64,000 nt of DNA from Deferribacterales bacterium (GTDB taxonomy: Bacteria; Chrysiogenota; Deferribacteres; Deferribacterales; Geovibrionaceae): contig JBFWLW010000005.1 of assembly GCA_050251945.1 (NCBI GenBank), forward strand, positions 128,001 to 192,000, given 5' to 3'. The notes beneath the pieces were generated by a model. The model had not been told where the DNA came from. It was given only the letters and a program-made list of their open reading frames with translations, and made no database searches. Each line of letters begins with the position of its first letter. Within the stretch, counting starts at the first letter, position 1. Made by a program: the position numbers and the translations under genes. Of the stretch, positions 21,818 to 32,000 are shown one piece after another.

Positions 21818-22606
21818 ATGGAAAATATACTTGAAGTAAAAGGACTCACCATGGATTTCGGCGGTCTCCGTGCCGTTGACTCCGTGGATTTATATGTTAA
21901 ACCGAAAGAGATAGTGGCGCTCATCGGACCCAACGGTGCGGGGAAAACCACATTCTTTAACTGCGTGACCGGTATATACACTCCCACGAAGGGGGACATA
22001 CTGGTAAGCTCGAACAAGGGCAGCGCAGTTCGATTGAACGGCTTTAAACCGAACAGGGTTACGGAACGCGGGCTGGCAAGAACGTTCCAGAACATCCGCC
22101 TGTTTCCGAACATGACGGTTCTTGAGAACGTCATGATAGGGAAACACTGCCGTCTTTCCGCAAAAATATTCGGTGCGCTTTTCCGCGATAAGAAAACACG
22201 GGCGGAAGAGCTTAAAGCCGCGCAGGAATGTTATGTCATCCTTGAAAAGCTTGGGCTTGAGAAATCGTGCGACGAGCTTGCGAGCAACCTGCCATATGGC
22301 GACCAGCGTAAACTTGAGATAGCAAGGGCGCTTGCCACCGAGCCGAAGATGCTCCTTCTGGACGAACCGGCAGCAGGTATGAACCCGCAGGAAACTGTTG
22401 ACCTGACACACCTTATCCGTATGATAAGGGATACGGAACAGATAGCCATCCTGCTTATCGAACACGATATGAAGCTGGTTATGAACCTGTCCGAGCGCAT
22501 ATATGTTATGGATCACGGGCAGAAGATCGCTGACGGTACGCCTATTGAGATCAGAAACAATCCTGAAGTAATAAAAGCGTATCTGGGGGAGGATATTGAT
22601 GCTTGA
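21818..22606 (+). CDS. livG: BCAA ABC ATPase
   Basis: GPNGAGKT, ARTFQNIRLF, LLLDEPAAG, AYLG. Confidence 0.95.
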   Translation: MENILEVKGLTMDFGGLRAVDSVDLYVKPKEIVALIGPNGAGKTTFFNCVTGIYTPTKGDILVSSNKGSAVRLNGFKPNRVTERGLARTFQNIRLFPNMTVLENVMIGKHCRLSAKIFGALFRDKKTRAEELKAAQECYVILEKLGLEKSCDELASNLPYGDQRKLEIARALATEPKMLLLDEPAAGMNPQETVDLTHLIRMIRDTEQIAILLIEHDMKLVMNLSERIYVMDHGQKIADGTPIEIRNNPEVIKAYLGEDIDA

Positions 22607-23306
22607 AATAAGCAACATCAATGCATTTTACGGAAACATTCAGGCACTGCACAACGTTTCCATCAATATAAAGCAGGGTGAGATAATCACCCTTATCGGT
22701 GCGAACGGAGCCGGAAAGACCACTACGCTGATGTCTATCAGCGGTATCGTGCATCCGAAATCCGGCGAAATACGCTTTAACGGCGAAGTTATCAGCGGAA
22801 AAAAGCCTGATAAGATAGTTCAGATGGGTCTGGCGCACGTTCCTGAAGGAAGGCACATTTTCCCTTATCTGACGGTTATGGAAAACCTTGACCTCGGCGC
22901 TTATCTGCGCAAGGATAAGGATAACGTTAAAAAAGATCTGGAACACGTTTTTGAGCTGTTCCCAAGGCTTAGAGAGAGAAAGAACCAGCAGGGCGGAACC
23001 CTTTCCGGCGGCGAACAGCAGATGCTCGCCATCTCAAGGGCGCTTATGGCGCGTCCGAAAATGCTTCTTCTTGATGAACCTTCTCTGGGTCTCGCCCCTC
23101 TTATTGTTAGGCAGATCTTTGATATCATCAAACGTATCAATCAGGAGGACGGCACGACCATCTTCCTTGTTGAACAGAATGCGAACCTCGCGCTGAAAGT
23201 GGCTCACAGAGGGTATGTCATGGAAAACGGGCATATTACAATGGAGGACGAGGCGCAGAAGCTGCTGGTGAATGAAGAGGTCAAAAAAGCGTATCTGGGG
23301 ATATAA
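22599..23306 (+). CDS. livF: BCAA ABC ATPase
   Basis: GANGAGKT, VPEGR, LSGGEQQML, DEPSLGLAP. Confidence 0.95.
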   Translation: MLEISNINAFYGNIQALHNVSINIKQGEIITLIGANGAGKTTTLMSISGIVHPKSGEIRFNGEVISGKKPDKIVQMGLAHVPEGRHIFPYLTVMENLDLGAYLRKDKDNVKKDLEHVFELFPRLRERKNQQGGTLSGGEQQMLAISRALMARPKMLLLDEPSLGLAPLIVRQIFDIIKRINQEDGTTIFLVEQNANLALKVAHRGYVMENGHITMEDEAQKLLVNEEVKKAYLGI

Positions 23307-23927
23307 ATGAAAAAACTTTTTATCATTTTCTTAGGAGTGATTTTTATCATGGCAGGAAAAGCAAAGGCGGACACACCCGCAAAAGCTAAAGAAGCAAAAG
23401 CGAAACAGACGGAAGCGAAAGCAGAAAAACCGAAGGCTGTAAAACCCAAAGCGGCGAAAGCGCCTATGGTGGTTTTTGAGACAACTCAGGGCAAGATAGT
23501 TTTTAAACTCTTCCCGAAAGAGGCTCCGAAAACAGTTGAAAACTTTGTGGGTCTGGTGAACAAAGGCTATTACAACGGCATCATCTTCCACCGTATCATC
23601 AAGGAATTCATGATTCAGGGCGGCGACCCCACAGGTACCGGACGCGGCGGCGAATCTCTTTGGGGCGGCAAGTTCGAGGACGAGTTCAGCCAGCTTATCT
23701 TTAACAAGAAAGGACTGCTCGCTATGGCGAACGCAGGACCCAACACGAACGGCAGCCAGTTTTTCATAACGACTGTGCCGACGCCGTGGCTTGACAACCG
23801 CCACACTATATTCGGTGAAGTTGTTGAGGGTTACGACGTAGTTGAAAAACTTGAGAACGTTCGCACAGGTTATGGCGACAGACCTGTTGAGGAACAGAAG
23901 ATCATCAAGGCGTATGTCAAAAAGTAA
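23307..23927 (+). CDS. Cyclophilin-type PPIase with signal peptide and Lys/Ala-rich linker
   Basis: [41 protein letters not shown]; signal peptide ending AKA. Confidence 0.93.
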   Translation: MKKLFIIFLGVIFIMAGKAKADTPAKAKEAKAKQTEAKAEKPKAVKPKAAKAPMVVFETTQGKIVFKLFPKEAPKTVENFVGLVNKGYYNGIIFHRIIKEFMIQGGDPTGTGRGGESLWGGKFEDEFSQLIFNKKGLLAMANAGPNTNGSQFFITTVPTPWLDNRHTIFGEVVEGYDVVEKLENVRTGYGDRPVEEQKIIKAYVKK

Positions 23928-23933
23928 CGTCCC

Positions 23934-23956
23934 GTAGGGCGGACTTGCTCCGCCAT
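23934..23956 (+). repeat. GTAG-type REP unit
   Basis: GTAG followed by GGCGGA-cttgc-TCCGCC hairpin; single copy in this window. Confidence 0.5.
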
Positions 23957-23965
23957 TACATATAT

Positions 23966-23999
23966 AAAATCCCCGTTGCGAAAGTGGCGGGGATTTTTT
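23966..23999 (+). terminator. Rho-independent terminator
   Basis: AAAATCCCCGTTGC-gaaa-GTGGCGGGGATTTTTT. Confidence 0.8.
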
Positions 24000-24000
24000 A

Positions 24001-24121
24001 TTGGCGGTTATCTGCGGCGCACTACTGCGTCAGTTTTCAATTTTTCGGGTCATGTACATCAGTTGTACACTCCCCTTCAAAATCGAAAGCCTTCCTTGTC
24101 CTGCTTGCATCTACCCACCAA
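24001..24121. repeat. ERIC-like palindromic element, copy 2
   Basis: Aligns with 7367-7490 with compensatory changes in the stems. Confidence 0.75.
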
Positions 24122-24142
24122 GTTTAAGATAGGACTTCTCCC

Positions 24143-24171
24143 GTCTCTGCGAGCCGCAGGCGCGGCAGTCT
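24143..24171 (+). repeat. REP-like unit (GTCTCTGCGAG family)
   Basis: GTCTCTGCGAG-CCGCAGG-CGCGGCAGTCT. Confidence 0.75.
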
Positions 24172-24175
24172 GAAC

Positions 24176-24203
24176 AAAAAAGCCCGCTCAAATGAGCGGG
24201 CTT
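24176..24203 (-). terminator. Terminator-like hairpin (minus-strand U tract, likely lysA)
   Basis: AAAAAAGCCCGCTCA-aa-TGAGCGGGCTT; near-duplicated at 24359-24378. Confidence 0.65.
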
Positions 24204-24358
24204 GGGTTGTTGACAAAGTCATAATTTTGATTTTTCTCCCTCCTTTAGCAAAAGGAGGGCTGGGGTGGATTTGATTGATGTTTAATCAAAATCCCCCTTA
24301 ATCCCCCTTTTCTAAAGGGGGAGATAGGAACGCAAAATCCAGTTTGTCATCAGTCTGA
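24204..24358. mobile_element. MITE with IS1182-like ends carrying a CCCCCTTT/AAAGGGGG repeat doublet
   Basis: Ends GGGTTGTTGACAAAGTC and AGTTTGTCATCAGTCTGA; flanked by a near-direct repeat of the hairpin CCCGCTCAnnTGAGCGGGCT. Confidence 0.65.
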
Positions 24359-24402
24359 CCCGCTCAGGTGAGCGGGCTGTGTTATTTAGCGTAAACAGCT
24401 AA

Positions 24403-25644
24403 TTAGAATTTCAAAGTTGCGAACAGGTCGTCGTGGGTTTCGGCGCGGCGGATAAGTTCCACACTGCCGTCCTCTTTAAGCAGGAGTTCCGCGGAGCGGA
24501 GCTTCCCGTTATAGTTAAAGCCCATGGCGTGTCCGTGTGCGCCTGTGTCGTGAATGACCACTATGTCACCCTTTTTAATTTCGGGCAGTTTTCTGTCCAC
24601 CGCGAACTTGTCGCAGTTTTCACAGAGCGAACCGACAACGTCGTAAACACGGTCGGCGGGGGCGTTCTCTTTGCCCATCACTGTGACGTGGTGGTATGCG
24701 CCGTACATGCCGGGACGCATCAGGTTTGCCATACATGCGTCAACGCCTACATATTCTTTATAGATATGTTTTTCGTGTACCGCAGTTGTGACAAGATATC
24801 CGTAAGGACCTGTTATGACCCTTCCGCACTCAAGGTAGATATCGGGCTTGAGACCTTTGGAACCAAGTATCTTCTCATACTGCGCTTTCACTTTTTCGCC
24901 CAGTTCCTCAAGGTTCACTTCGTTCTGTTCAGGTTTGTAGGGGATGCCGATACCGCCGCCGAGGTTGATGAACTCAAGGTCGATGCCTATCTTCTCAGCT
25001 ATTTCCGCAGCCATCTCAAAAAGGATTCCCGCTGTTTCAACGAAGTAGTCAACGTTCAGCTCGTTTGACGCGACCATGGTGTGCATACCGAAGCGTTTGC
25101 ATCCTTTTTCTTTCATAACTCTGTAGGCTTCAAACATCTGCTCGCGGGTAAGACCGTATTTCGCCTCTTCCGGTGCGCCGATGATGGAGTTACCGCCTTT
25201 CAAAGGTCCGGGGTTATAGCGGAAGCAGATAGCTTCCGGCAGTGTGCCGCATGATTCTTCAAGGTATTGAATATGCGTGAAGTCGTCGAGGTTGATTATC
25301 GCCTTCTGCTCGAAAGCTTTTTTATATTCGCTTGCGGGTGTTTCGTTTGAAGTGAACATTATCTGTTCGCCGCTGATTCCCGCCATATCGCAAAGCAGAA
25401 GCTCCGCCATGGAACTGCAATCCGCGCCGAATCCTTCTTTTTTCAGCACTTTCATTATGCTGGGGTTGGGCAGTGCCTTAACAGCAAAATATTCCTGAAA
25501 TTTCGGCGCCCAGCTGAACGCTTTTTTCAGTCTTCTTGCGTTTTCAAGTATCGCTTTCTCATCATAAATGTGAAAGGGAGTGGGATATTTTTCGATTATT
25601 TTTTCGATTTGTTGTTTGTTAAAAGGTACATTTTTCTCTGACAT
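24403..25644 (-). CDS. lysA: Diaminopimelate decarboxylase
   Basis: YFAVKALPN PLP lysine, INLGGGIG, ECGR, VGSLCENCD, GFNYN. Confidence 0.93.
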   Translation of the reverse strand: MSEKNVPFNKQQIEKIIEKYPTPFHIYDEKAILENARRLKKAFSWAPKFQEYFAVKALPNPSIMKVLKKEGFGADCSSMAELLLCDMAGISGEQIMFTSNETPASEYKKAFEQKAIINLDDFTHIQYLEESCGTLPEAICFRYNPGPLKGGNSIIGAPEEAKYGLTREQMFEAYRVMKEKGCKRFGMHTMVASNELNVDYFVETAGILFEMAAEIAEKIGIDLEFINLGGGIGIPYKPEQNEVNLEELGEKVKAQYEKILGSKGLKPDIYLECGRVITGPYGYLVTTAVHEKHIYKEYVGVDACMANLMRPGMYGAYHHVTVMGKENAPADRVYDVVGSLCENCDKFAVDRKLPEIKKGDIVVIHDTGAHGHAMGFNYNGKLRSAELLLKEDGSVELIRRAETHDDLFATLKF

Positions 25645-25814
25645 GGCATCTTCCGATAAATTTTATTTAAAAGTCTAACACCCTAACATACAAAATATGC
25701 GAATTCAACGATTATTCAGAATGGTGAGCATATGTTAAATCTGCTATACTTAAAAATAAAATAATGCGTATTTCTACATGAATGATACAAAAAAGGTGGA
25801 AAAATACTTCGCGA

Positions 25815-25846
25815 TGGTATACTATTGTTTAATACATTTGTTTAAA
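25815..25846 (+). promoter_or_regulatory. Extended -10 promoter and candidate TetR operator
   Basis: TGgTATACT at 25815-23; imperfect palindrome TTTAATACATTTGTTTAAA 25828-46 just before the TetR start. Confidence 0.4.
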
Positions 25847-25847
25847 G

Positions 25848-26486
25848 GTGTTAAAATTGAAAAAGAATGCAAAACAGAAAATACTTGAAGCGGCAATGGA
25901 GGTCTTTGGTGAACAAGGCTTTCGTGCGGCGACCGTTCGTGAAATCTGCAAAAAGGCCGGTGTCAATATAGCGCTGGTCAATTATCATTTCAAGAGTAAA
26001 AAGCTGCTTTATTTTGAGCTTTTCAACGCTATCTCCTCAGATATCGACAGCAGATACCCAATTGAAAAGTTTGTGAAGCCGGAAATGACTAAGGAGGAAA
26101 AGCTCAGAGGGATGGTTGATATGCTCGTCAGCCGCTTTTTTGGTCCTGACGGTCTTTCAAGCTCAAAAACAAGACTTAAACTGGTTAACCGTGAAATGAT
26201 TGAACCGACAGACGTTATGGAGCAGACCATCATAGCGAAAATGGCAGAATTCGAGAAAGCCGGGAAAGACGTTTTTTGCGGATTCCTTGGCGAAGACCTG
26301 CCTATTGAAAAAATTAAACTGCTGATAATAAGTGTTGTCGGTCAGTGTGCCTATCCAATGTTTTCAACAGAGCTTCTCAGAAAATCCGGACTCATTACCG
26401 GACCCATGAACGAATTTTGCAAAGCTCTTACTGATCATGTGTACGAATTTACTATAAGTGCGCTGGAGAATATGCGGAGCAAATAA
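25848..26486 (+). CDS. TetR family regulator (CecR/YbiH-like C-terminus)
   Basis: ILEAAMEVFGEQGF, ATVREIC, VNYHFKSK; start uncertain. Confidence 0.88.
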   Translation: MLKLKKNAKQKILEAAMEVFGEQGFRAATVREICKKAGVNIALVNYHFKSKKLLYFELFNAISSDIDSRYPIEKFVKPEMTKEEKLRGMVDMLVSRFFGPDGLSSSKTRLKLVNREMIEPTDVMEQTIIAKMAEFEKAGKDVFCGFLGEDLPIEKIKLLIISVVGQCAYPMFSTELLRKSGLITGPMNEFCKALTDHVYEFTISALENMRSK

Positions 26487-26488
26487 AT

Positions 26489-27517
26489 ATGAAAAAAGCG
26501 ATTGTCATTGTCATTGCGGCGGTCATAGCTGTTGCCGCGGTTCTGGTGTATCTGGGGCGAAGCAGCGACGGCGATCTTGAAGATATCGTTTTTTCCGGCA
26601 CTGTTGAGGTTACGGACGTTCTTTTGTCGTTCAAGATTTCAGGCAGGGTCATAGACGTTCTCTTCAAAGAGGGTGATTCTGTGCCCGCAGGTGTTGTGGT
26701 GGCGCGGCTGGACGATGCCGATCAGAAGCTTGCGGTTAAAACGGCAGAGGCGAACGTTGCTGTGAGCGACGCCGCTTTGCAGGAGCTTCTTGCGGGAAGC
26801 CGCAAGCAGGAGATAATGAACGCTCAGGCGGCGGTTGACATGGCAGACGCGGCGCTTTTACGCTCAAAGAACGACGCACAGCAGGCGAAGGCAGACAAAG
26901 ACAGGTTTGAATATCTGTATCAGAACAACGGACTCAGCAAATACGACTTTGAGCAGTATGACACAAAATATAAAAAATCGGTGAACACCGTCAGGGAATC
27001 CGAGGCGTCTCTTAAATCTGCAAAAGAGAGCCTCAGCCTTGCCCTTGAAGGGACGCGAAGCGAAACCATAAAAAAAGCCTATGCGGCGCTTGAACTTGCA
27101 AAGACAGAATTGCAGACGGCGAAGCAGAATCTTGAATACACCGAACTGAAATCCTCCGTCAGCGGAAAGGTGCTTACGCGCTCCGCTGAGCCGGGGGAGT
27201 TCTTTCAGGCTGGCAGTCCGATACTTGATGTTGCCGACCTGAACGATTCGTGGGTCAGGGGCTATGTCGGCGAAAAGGATCTGGGTAAGATACATCTCGG
27301 CGACATGGTTGAAATACGCAGTGATTCCTACCCAGACAAAGTTTTTAAAGGCAGGATATCCTTCATTGCGGACGAAGCGGAGTTCACTCCGAAATCTGTG
27401 CAGACACAGGAAGAACGCGTGAATTTCATGTACAGGATAAAGGTCAGTCTGGACAACAGAGACCAGATGCTTAAAACGGGTATGCCGGTGGACGGGACGA
27501 TAGTCCTGAGCCAGTGA
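26489..27517 (+). CDS. HlyD-family membrane fusion protein (YbhG-like)
   Basis: N-terminal TM, FKISGRV, AEFTPKSVQT, LKTGMP. Confidence 0.9.
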   Translation: MKKAIVIVIAAVIAVAAVLVYLGRSSDGDLEDIVFSGTVEVTDVLLSFKISGRVIDVLFKEGDSVPAGVVVARLDDADQKLAVKTAEANVAVSDAALQELLAGSRKQEIMNAQAAVDMADAALLRSKNDAQQAKADKDRFEYLYQNNGLSKYDFEQYDTKYKKSVNTVRESEASLKSAKESLSLALEGTRSETIKKAYAALELAKTELQTAKQNLEYTELKSSVSGKVLTRSAEPGEFFQAGSPILDVADLNDSWVRGYVGEKDLGKIHLGDMVEIRSDSYPDKVFKGRISFIADEAEFTPKSVQTQEERVNFMYRIKVSLDNRDQMLKTGMPVDGTIVLSQ

Positions 27518-29409
27518 TGAACAGCGGGGGATATGCTGTCACTGCGGACAGTATAACAAAGCGCTACGGTTCCGCCGTCGCAGTTGACAACGTATCCATT
27601 AACGTCAAACGCGGCGGCATATACGGTCTGATAGGTCCAGACGGGGCAGGGAAGACCACCATGCTTCGCGTCATATCCGGTATTCTGAGACCGGACAGCG
27701 GCGAGGCTTTTGTCTGCGGTCATTCATGTGAACGTGAACAGACCGCCGTTAAAAATTCAATCGCCTATATGAGTCAGAAATTCGGACTGTACCCCGACCT
27801 GACTGTTCAGGAAAATATCAGACTTTACGCCGACCTCTACGGTGTTGAAAAACACGGTATGCGGGAGCGCATCGAAGAACTTCTCGATTTCAGCTATATG
27901 AAACCCTTCAAACACAGACAGGCAGGGAAGCTTTCCGGCGGCATGAAGCAGAAACTGCAGCTTATCTGCGCGCTGGTGCATAAGCCGGAGGTGCTTCTTC
28001 TGGATGAACCCACCAACGGCGTTGACCCTGTGAGCCGCAGGGATTTCTGGCGGATACTTTACGGGCTGGTCGCAGAGGGCATGACGATACTCATGAGTAC
28101 GGCTTATCTGGACGAAGCGGAGCGGTGCAGTGTCATCGGTCTGATGCATAAGGGAAAAATAATCGCCGAAGGAACACCCGAAGAGGTCGTCGGAAACAGC
28201 GGCATACAGGTTATAAGCGTTAAGGACGGCGGCGACAGAAGTCTTGTGAAAAAGCTGAAAGCCGCTATGGGCGGCGGGCGTGTACACGCATACGGTGACA
28301 GGATAAGGGTTTTGACGCATGATATTCAGGCGGACACTGATGAATTGAAAAAACTGGCTCCGGAGGCTGTTGTAGAGCCCGACAGAGCCATGCTTGAGGA
28401 TATCTTCATGAGCATAGGCGAATCTGCCGATGCCGATGAGAATATCCTTTCGCTCATTGCCGGGGGTGCAGGAGGCAAGACCGGAACTGCACTTGAAGTG
28501 CGGGGGCTGACAAAGCGTTTCGGCGACTTCACGGCGGTGAACAATATAAGTCTGACAGTGCCTTACGGTGAGATATTCGGATTTCTGGGACCTAATGGCG
28601 CAGGAAAAAGTACGACCATAAAGATGCTTTGCGGACTGCTTCCCGCCACATCCGGCGAAGGAGTTGTGGGTGGTGTGGACATAGTGCATAAGCCTGAGAC
28701 CATAAAGTCAAAGATAGGTTATATGAGCCAGAAATTTTCGCTGTACGAAGATCTTAAGGTGTATGAGAACATAGATTTCTACGGCGGGATATACGGGCTG
28801 ACAGGTGCAGAGCTTGCGCAGAGAAGGGACTGGTCGCTGAAACTTGCGGGACTTGAGGACAGAAAGAACCTTATGACCTCGGAGCTTGTAGGCGGCTGGC
28901 GGCAGAGGCTTGCCCTTGCGTGCGCCATCCTGCATAAACCCTCCATAGTGTTTCTGGACGAACCCACCAGCGGTGCCGACCCCTCCAGCAGAAGGCTTTT
29001 CTGGGCTATTATAAACGAACTTGCGGCGGGCGGCGTGACGGTGTTTGTCAGCACGCACTACATGGAAGAGGCGGAATACTGCGACAGGCTGGCGCTGATC
29101 TTCCGCGGCGATACGATAGCGATGGGCAGACCGTCCGAACTTAAGACCTCGCAAATGCAGGACAGGATAATCGAGGTGCTTGTAAAAGACCCTTTCTCCC
29201 ATATGGAGGCGCTGGCGAAGCTGGATTCCGTTCTGGATGTTTCGCTTTTCGGCGCGGGGCTTCATCTGCGAACAAAGGATGCGGCGGAGACCTCCGTTAA
29301 AGAATATTTCGCAGGTAAGGGTACGAGTGCGGAAGTGAACGTCATAGAGGCTACCATGGAGGATGTTTTCGTTTCCATGATAGAGAGAGCCGACGGGGGA
29401 AAAAAATGA
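27517..29409 (+). CDS. ABC exporter ATPase with two NBDs (YbhF-like)
   Basis: GPDGAGKT/LSGGMKQ/DEPTNGVDP and [23 protein letters not shown] twice. Confidence 0.92.
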   Translation: MNSGGYAVTADSITKRYGSAVAVDNVSINVKRGGIYGLIGPDGAGKTTMLRVISGILRPDSGEAFVCGHSCEREQTAVKNSIAYMSQKFGLYPDLTVQENIRLYADLYGVEKHGMRERIEELLDFSYMKPFKHRQAGKLSGGMKQKLQLICALVHKPEVLLLDEPTNGVDPVSRRDFWRILYGLVAEGMTILMSTAYLDEAERCSVIGLMHKGKIIAEGTPEEVVGNSGIQVISVKDGGDRSLVKKLKAAMGGGRVHAYGDRIRVLTHDIQADTDELKKLAPEAVVEPDRAMLEDIFMSIGESADADENILSLIAGGAGGKTGTALEVRGLTKRFGDFTAVNNISLTVPYGEIFGFLGPNGAGKSTTIKMLCGLLPATSGEGVVGGVDIVHKPETIKSKIGYMSQKFSLYEDLKVYENIDFYGGIYGLTGAELAQRRDWSLKLAGLEDRKNLMTSELVGGWRQRLALACAILHKPSIVFLDEPTSGADPSSRRLFWAIINELAAGGVTVFVSTHYMEEAEYCDRLALIFRGDTIAMGRPSELKTSQMQDRIIEVLVKDPFSHMEALAKLDSVLDVSLFGAGLHLRTKDAAETSVKEYFAGKGTSAEVNVIEATMEDVFVSMIERADGGKK

Positions 29410-30530
29410 TATTCAGTCCGCGACGTCTGAAAGCGATGGTGATAAAAGAATTTATGCATATTCTGCGCGACTGGCGCAGTCTTTTCCTCGCAATAGCCAT
29501 ACCCGTCATGCTGATACTCCTTTTCGGCTATGCGCTGAATACCGACCTGAAAAATATCCCTACGGCTGTTGCCGACCTGTCTGACACTCCCCAGAGCAGA
29601 GAGCTTGTGAGCCTGTTCGACGGTTCCGCATATTTTAACGTTTCATCCCGCGCTGAAGGTTTTGAAGATATGCAGAGGCTTATGCGCGAAAAAAAGGCAC
29701 TGGTGGGCATAATTATCAAAAAGGATTTTGCTGAAAAACTGCTCAAGGGTGAGCATACTGAAGTGCAGGTGCTTGTGGACGGAAGTGACGCGAACGTGGG
29801 ACGCACGGCGCTGAACTATGTTCAGGCACTTTCCACTATATATAATATCAAACTGTCAGCACAGGCTTTGCGGACGGACGGCATGAATGTAAGCGTTCTG
29901 CCACGCGCGTGGTACAATCAGGGCATGGTCAGCACCTATATGATAGTGCCGGGCATCCTTGCCATAGTCATGGCTGTTATCGCGGCGATGCTGGCAAGTG
30001 TCACCGTTGCCCGCGAATGGGAAACAGGCACGATGGAACAGCTTATCAGTACGCCTGTTACGCGGCTGGAGCTGACATTCGGCAAGTTCATCCCGCTGTA
30101 CTGCATCGGGCTTGCGGATATAATGATAGCTATATGGCTGGGGCGGCTGGTCTTCGGAGTGCCGATGCGCGGCAATCCTGCGCTTTTGTTCTTCGTGGCT
30201 ACGCTGTTTCTGACAGGGGTGCTGTTCTTCGGGCTTCTGCTCAGCATAACCCTGAAAAAGCAGGTGCTTGCCAACCAGATAGCGCTTATAACAGGCTTTC
30301 TTCCAACTATGATATTAAGCGGCTTTGTGTTCACCATAGCCAATATGCCGCTTCCCATACAGTTTCTGACCTACATTTTTCCCGCCAGATATTTCGTGTC
30401 GATGCTGAAAAGCATTTACCTGAAAGGGGTGGGGCTTGAGATTATATACGTCAATTTTCTGTTCCTCTGCGTGTATACTCTGATAATGATAGTCGCGGCA
30501 AACAAGCGGCTTAAGCTGAGGCTGAACTGA
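29406..30530 (+). CDS. ABC-2 permease (YbhS-like)
   Basis: KEFMHILRD, AREWETGTMEQLISTP. Confidence 0.9.
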   Translation: MIFSPRRLKAMVIKEFMHILRDWRSLFLAIAIPVMLILLFGYALNTDLKNIPTAVADLSDTPQSRELVSLFDGSAYFNVSSRAEGFEDMQRLMREKKALVGIIIKKDFAEKLLKGEHTEVQVLVDGSDANVGRTALNYVQALSTIYNIKLSAQALRTDGMNVSVLPRAWYNQGMVSTYMIVPGILAIVMAVIAAMLASVTVAREWETGTMEQLISTPVTRLELTFGKFIPLYCIGLADIMIAIWLGRLVFGVPMRGNPALLFFVATLFLTGVLFFGLLLSITLKKQVLANQIALITGFLPTMILSGFVFTIANMPLPIQFLTYIFPARYFVSMLKSIYLKGVGLEIIYVNFLFLCVYTLIMIVAANKRLKLRLN

Positions 30531-31630
30531 TGATAACGAAACTGAAGGCGATGCTCGTCAAAGAACTGAAACAGATGCTTCGCGACCCGAAGATGCGTTC
30601 GATCGTCTTCGTTATGCCGCTTCTTCAGTTGCTGGTGTTCTCTTTTGCGCTCACAATGGATGTCAAAAACATAGGGATAGCCGTTCTGGATTACGACAAT
30701 TCGCCGCAAAGCAGATGGATAACCGACAGTTTTGCTGCCAGCGGATATTTTAAGATACAGTACAGACCGACGGGGCTTGATGAAGTGAAAAAACTGCTGG
30801 ACAGAGGCGACGTGCGCGGTGCCGTAGTTTTTCCGAAAGGGTTTGAAAAGGATATCCTTTCAGGTCGCGAAGCCTCTGTTCAGGTTATTGCCGACGGGAC
30901 GATGAGCAACGACGCGGGGATAATAATTAACTATGCATCCGGCGTTATCAGCACATACGCGGCGAAAAACAGCGTAAATGTGACGGAAACGGTTTCTATT
31001 CAGCACAGGAACCTTTTCAATCCGAACCTGCTTAGCAAGTTTTACTATGTTCCGGGGCTTATCACACTTATGATGATGGTGTCGGGCATGCTTCTGACCA
31101 GTATAGCGATAGTCCGTGAGAAGGAGATAGGAACCATTGAGCAGGTTATGGTCACGCCTATAAGCCGCACAGAGTTTATCATAGGCAAGACTGTTCCGTT
31201 TATGCTGACGGGGCTGATAACCACCACGATGATGTTTGTACTGGCATATTTTATATTCGGCATAACCGTTAAGGGAAGCATATTTCTGCTTATTGCGGTG
31301 GTGGTGCTGAGCATAACGACATATCTGGGGCTTGCGCTTCTGGTGAGCGTATCGTCCAAAACCCAGCAGCAGGCGCTTCTGACATCTTTTTTTCTAATGA
31401 TGCCCAGCGCGCTTCTGAGCGGGTACATATTTCCGGTGTCGAATATGCCGGAACCTGTGCAGTATTTCACCTGTCTTGTACCTATGCGCTGGAGCCTTGA
31501 GGGTATCATCGGCGTTGTTATAAAGGGTGCGACTGCGGCGGAGCTTTCAAAACAGCTTATATGGCTTTGCTTACATGCGACCTTTTTTATGGTTTTTGCA
31601 TCAATGAAGTTTAAAAAGACACTGGAGTGA
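30530..31630 (+). CDS. ABC-2 permease (YbhR-like)
   Basis: KELKQMLRD, VREKEIGTIEQVMVTP. Confidence 0.9.
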   Translation: MITKLKAMLVKELKQMLRDPKMRSIVFVMPLLQLLVFSFALTMDVKNIGIAVLDYDNSPQSRWITDSFAASGYFKIQYRPTGLDEVKKLLDRGDVRGAVVFPKGFEKDILSGREASVQVIADGTMSNDAGIIINYASGVISTYAAKNSVNVTETVSIQHRNLFNPNLLSKFYYVPGLITLMMMVSGMLLTSIAIVREKEIGTIEQVMVTPISRTEFIIGKTVPFMLTGLITTTMMFVLAYFIFGITVKGSIFLLIAVVVLSITTYLGLALLVSVSSKTQQQALLTSFFLMMPSALLSGYIFPVSNMPEPVQYFTCLVPMRWSLEGIIGVVIKGATAAELSKQLIWLCLHATFFMVFASMKFKKTLE

Positions 31631-31631
31631 T

Positions 31632-32000
31632 ATGAAAAAACTGTTCGTTTACGGAACGCTTATGTCGGGACTGGATAAAGAGGGCAGGATGAACGGTGCA
31701 GAGCTTACCTGCGCGGAATGCCGCACGTCCCGAGAACTCAGTATGTATATTTACGAAGGCTGTCCGTTCGTTTTTGAGGGAAGAAACAGATACCGCATCA
31801 AAGGTGAGCTTTACGAAGTGCCTGATGATATGCTTAAATATCTGGACGAATATGAAGGCGATTTTTATTTCCGCAAGATGGAGGAGGTTGAGTGCGGTGA
31901 TTCTGTTTTCACGGCATTCATGTATTTCGGCAGGGGACATTTTTTCGGAATGAAAGAGGTCTCTGGCGGTGACTATAGAAAATTTTCGGGTGAAAAATGA
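31632..32000 (+). CDS. Gamma-glutamylcyclotransferase family protein
   Basis: LFVYGTLM, GELYEV, LDEYEG. Confidence 0.88.
   Translation: MKKLFVYGTLMSGLDKEGRMNGAELTCAECRTSRELSMYIYEGCPFVFEGRNRYRIKGELYEVPDDMLKYLDEYEGDFYFRKMEEVECGDSVFTAFMYFGRGHFFGMKEVSGGDYRKFSGEK

Noticed and set aside
25645..25847. Lysine riboswitch upstream of lysA
   Set aside because: AT-rich region shared with a divergent promoter; no L-box motifs seen.
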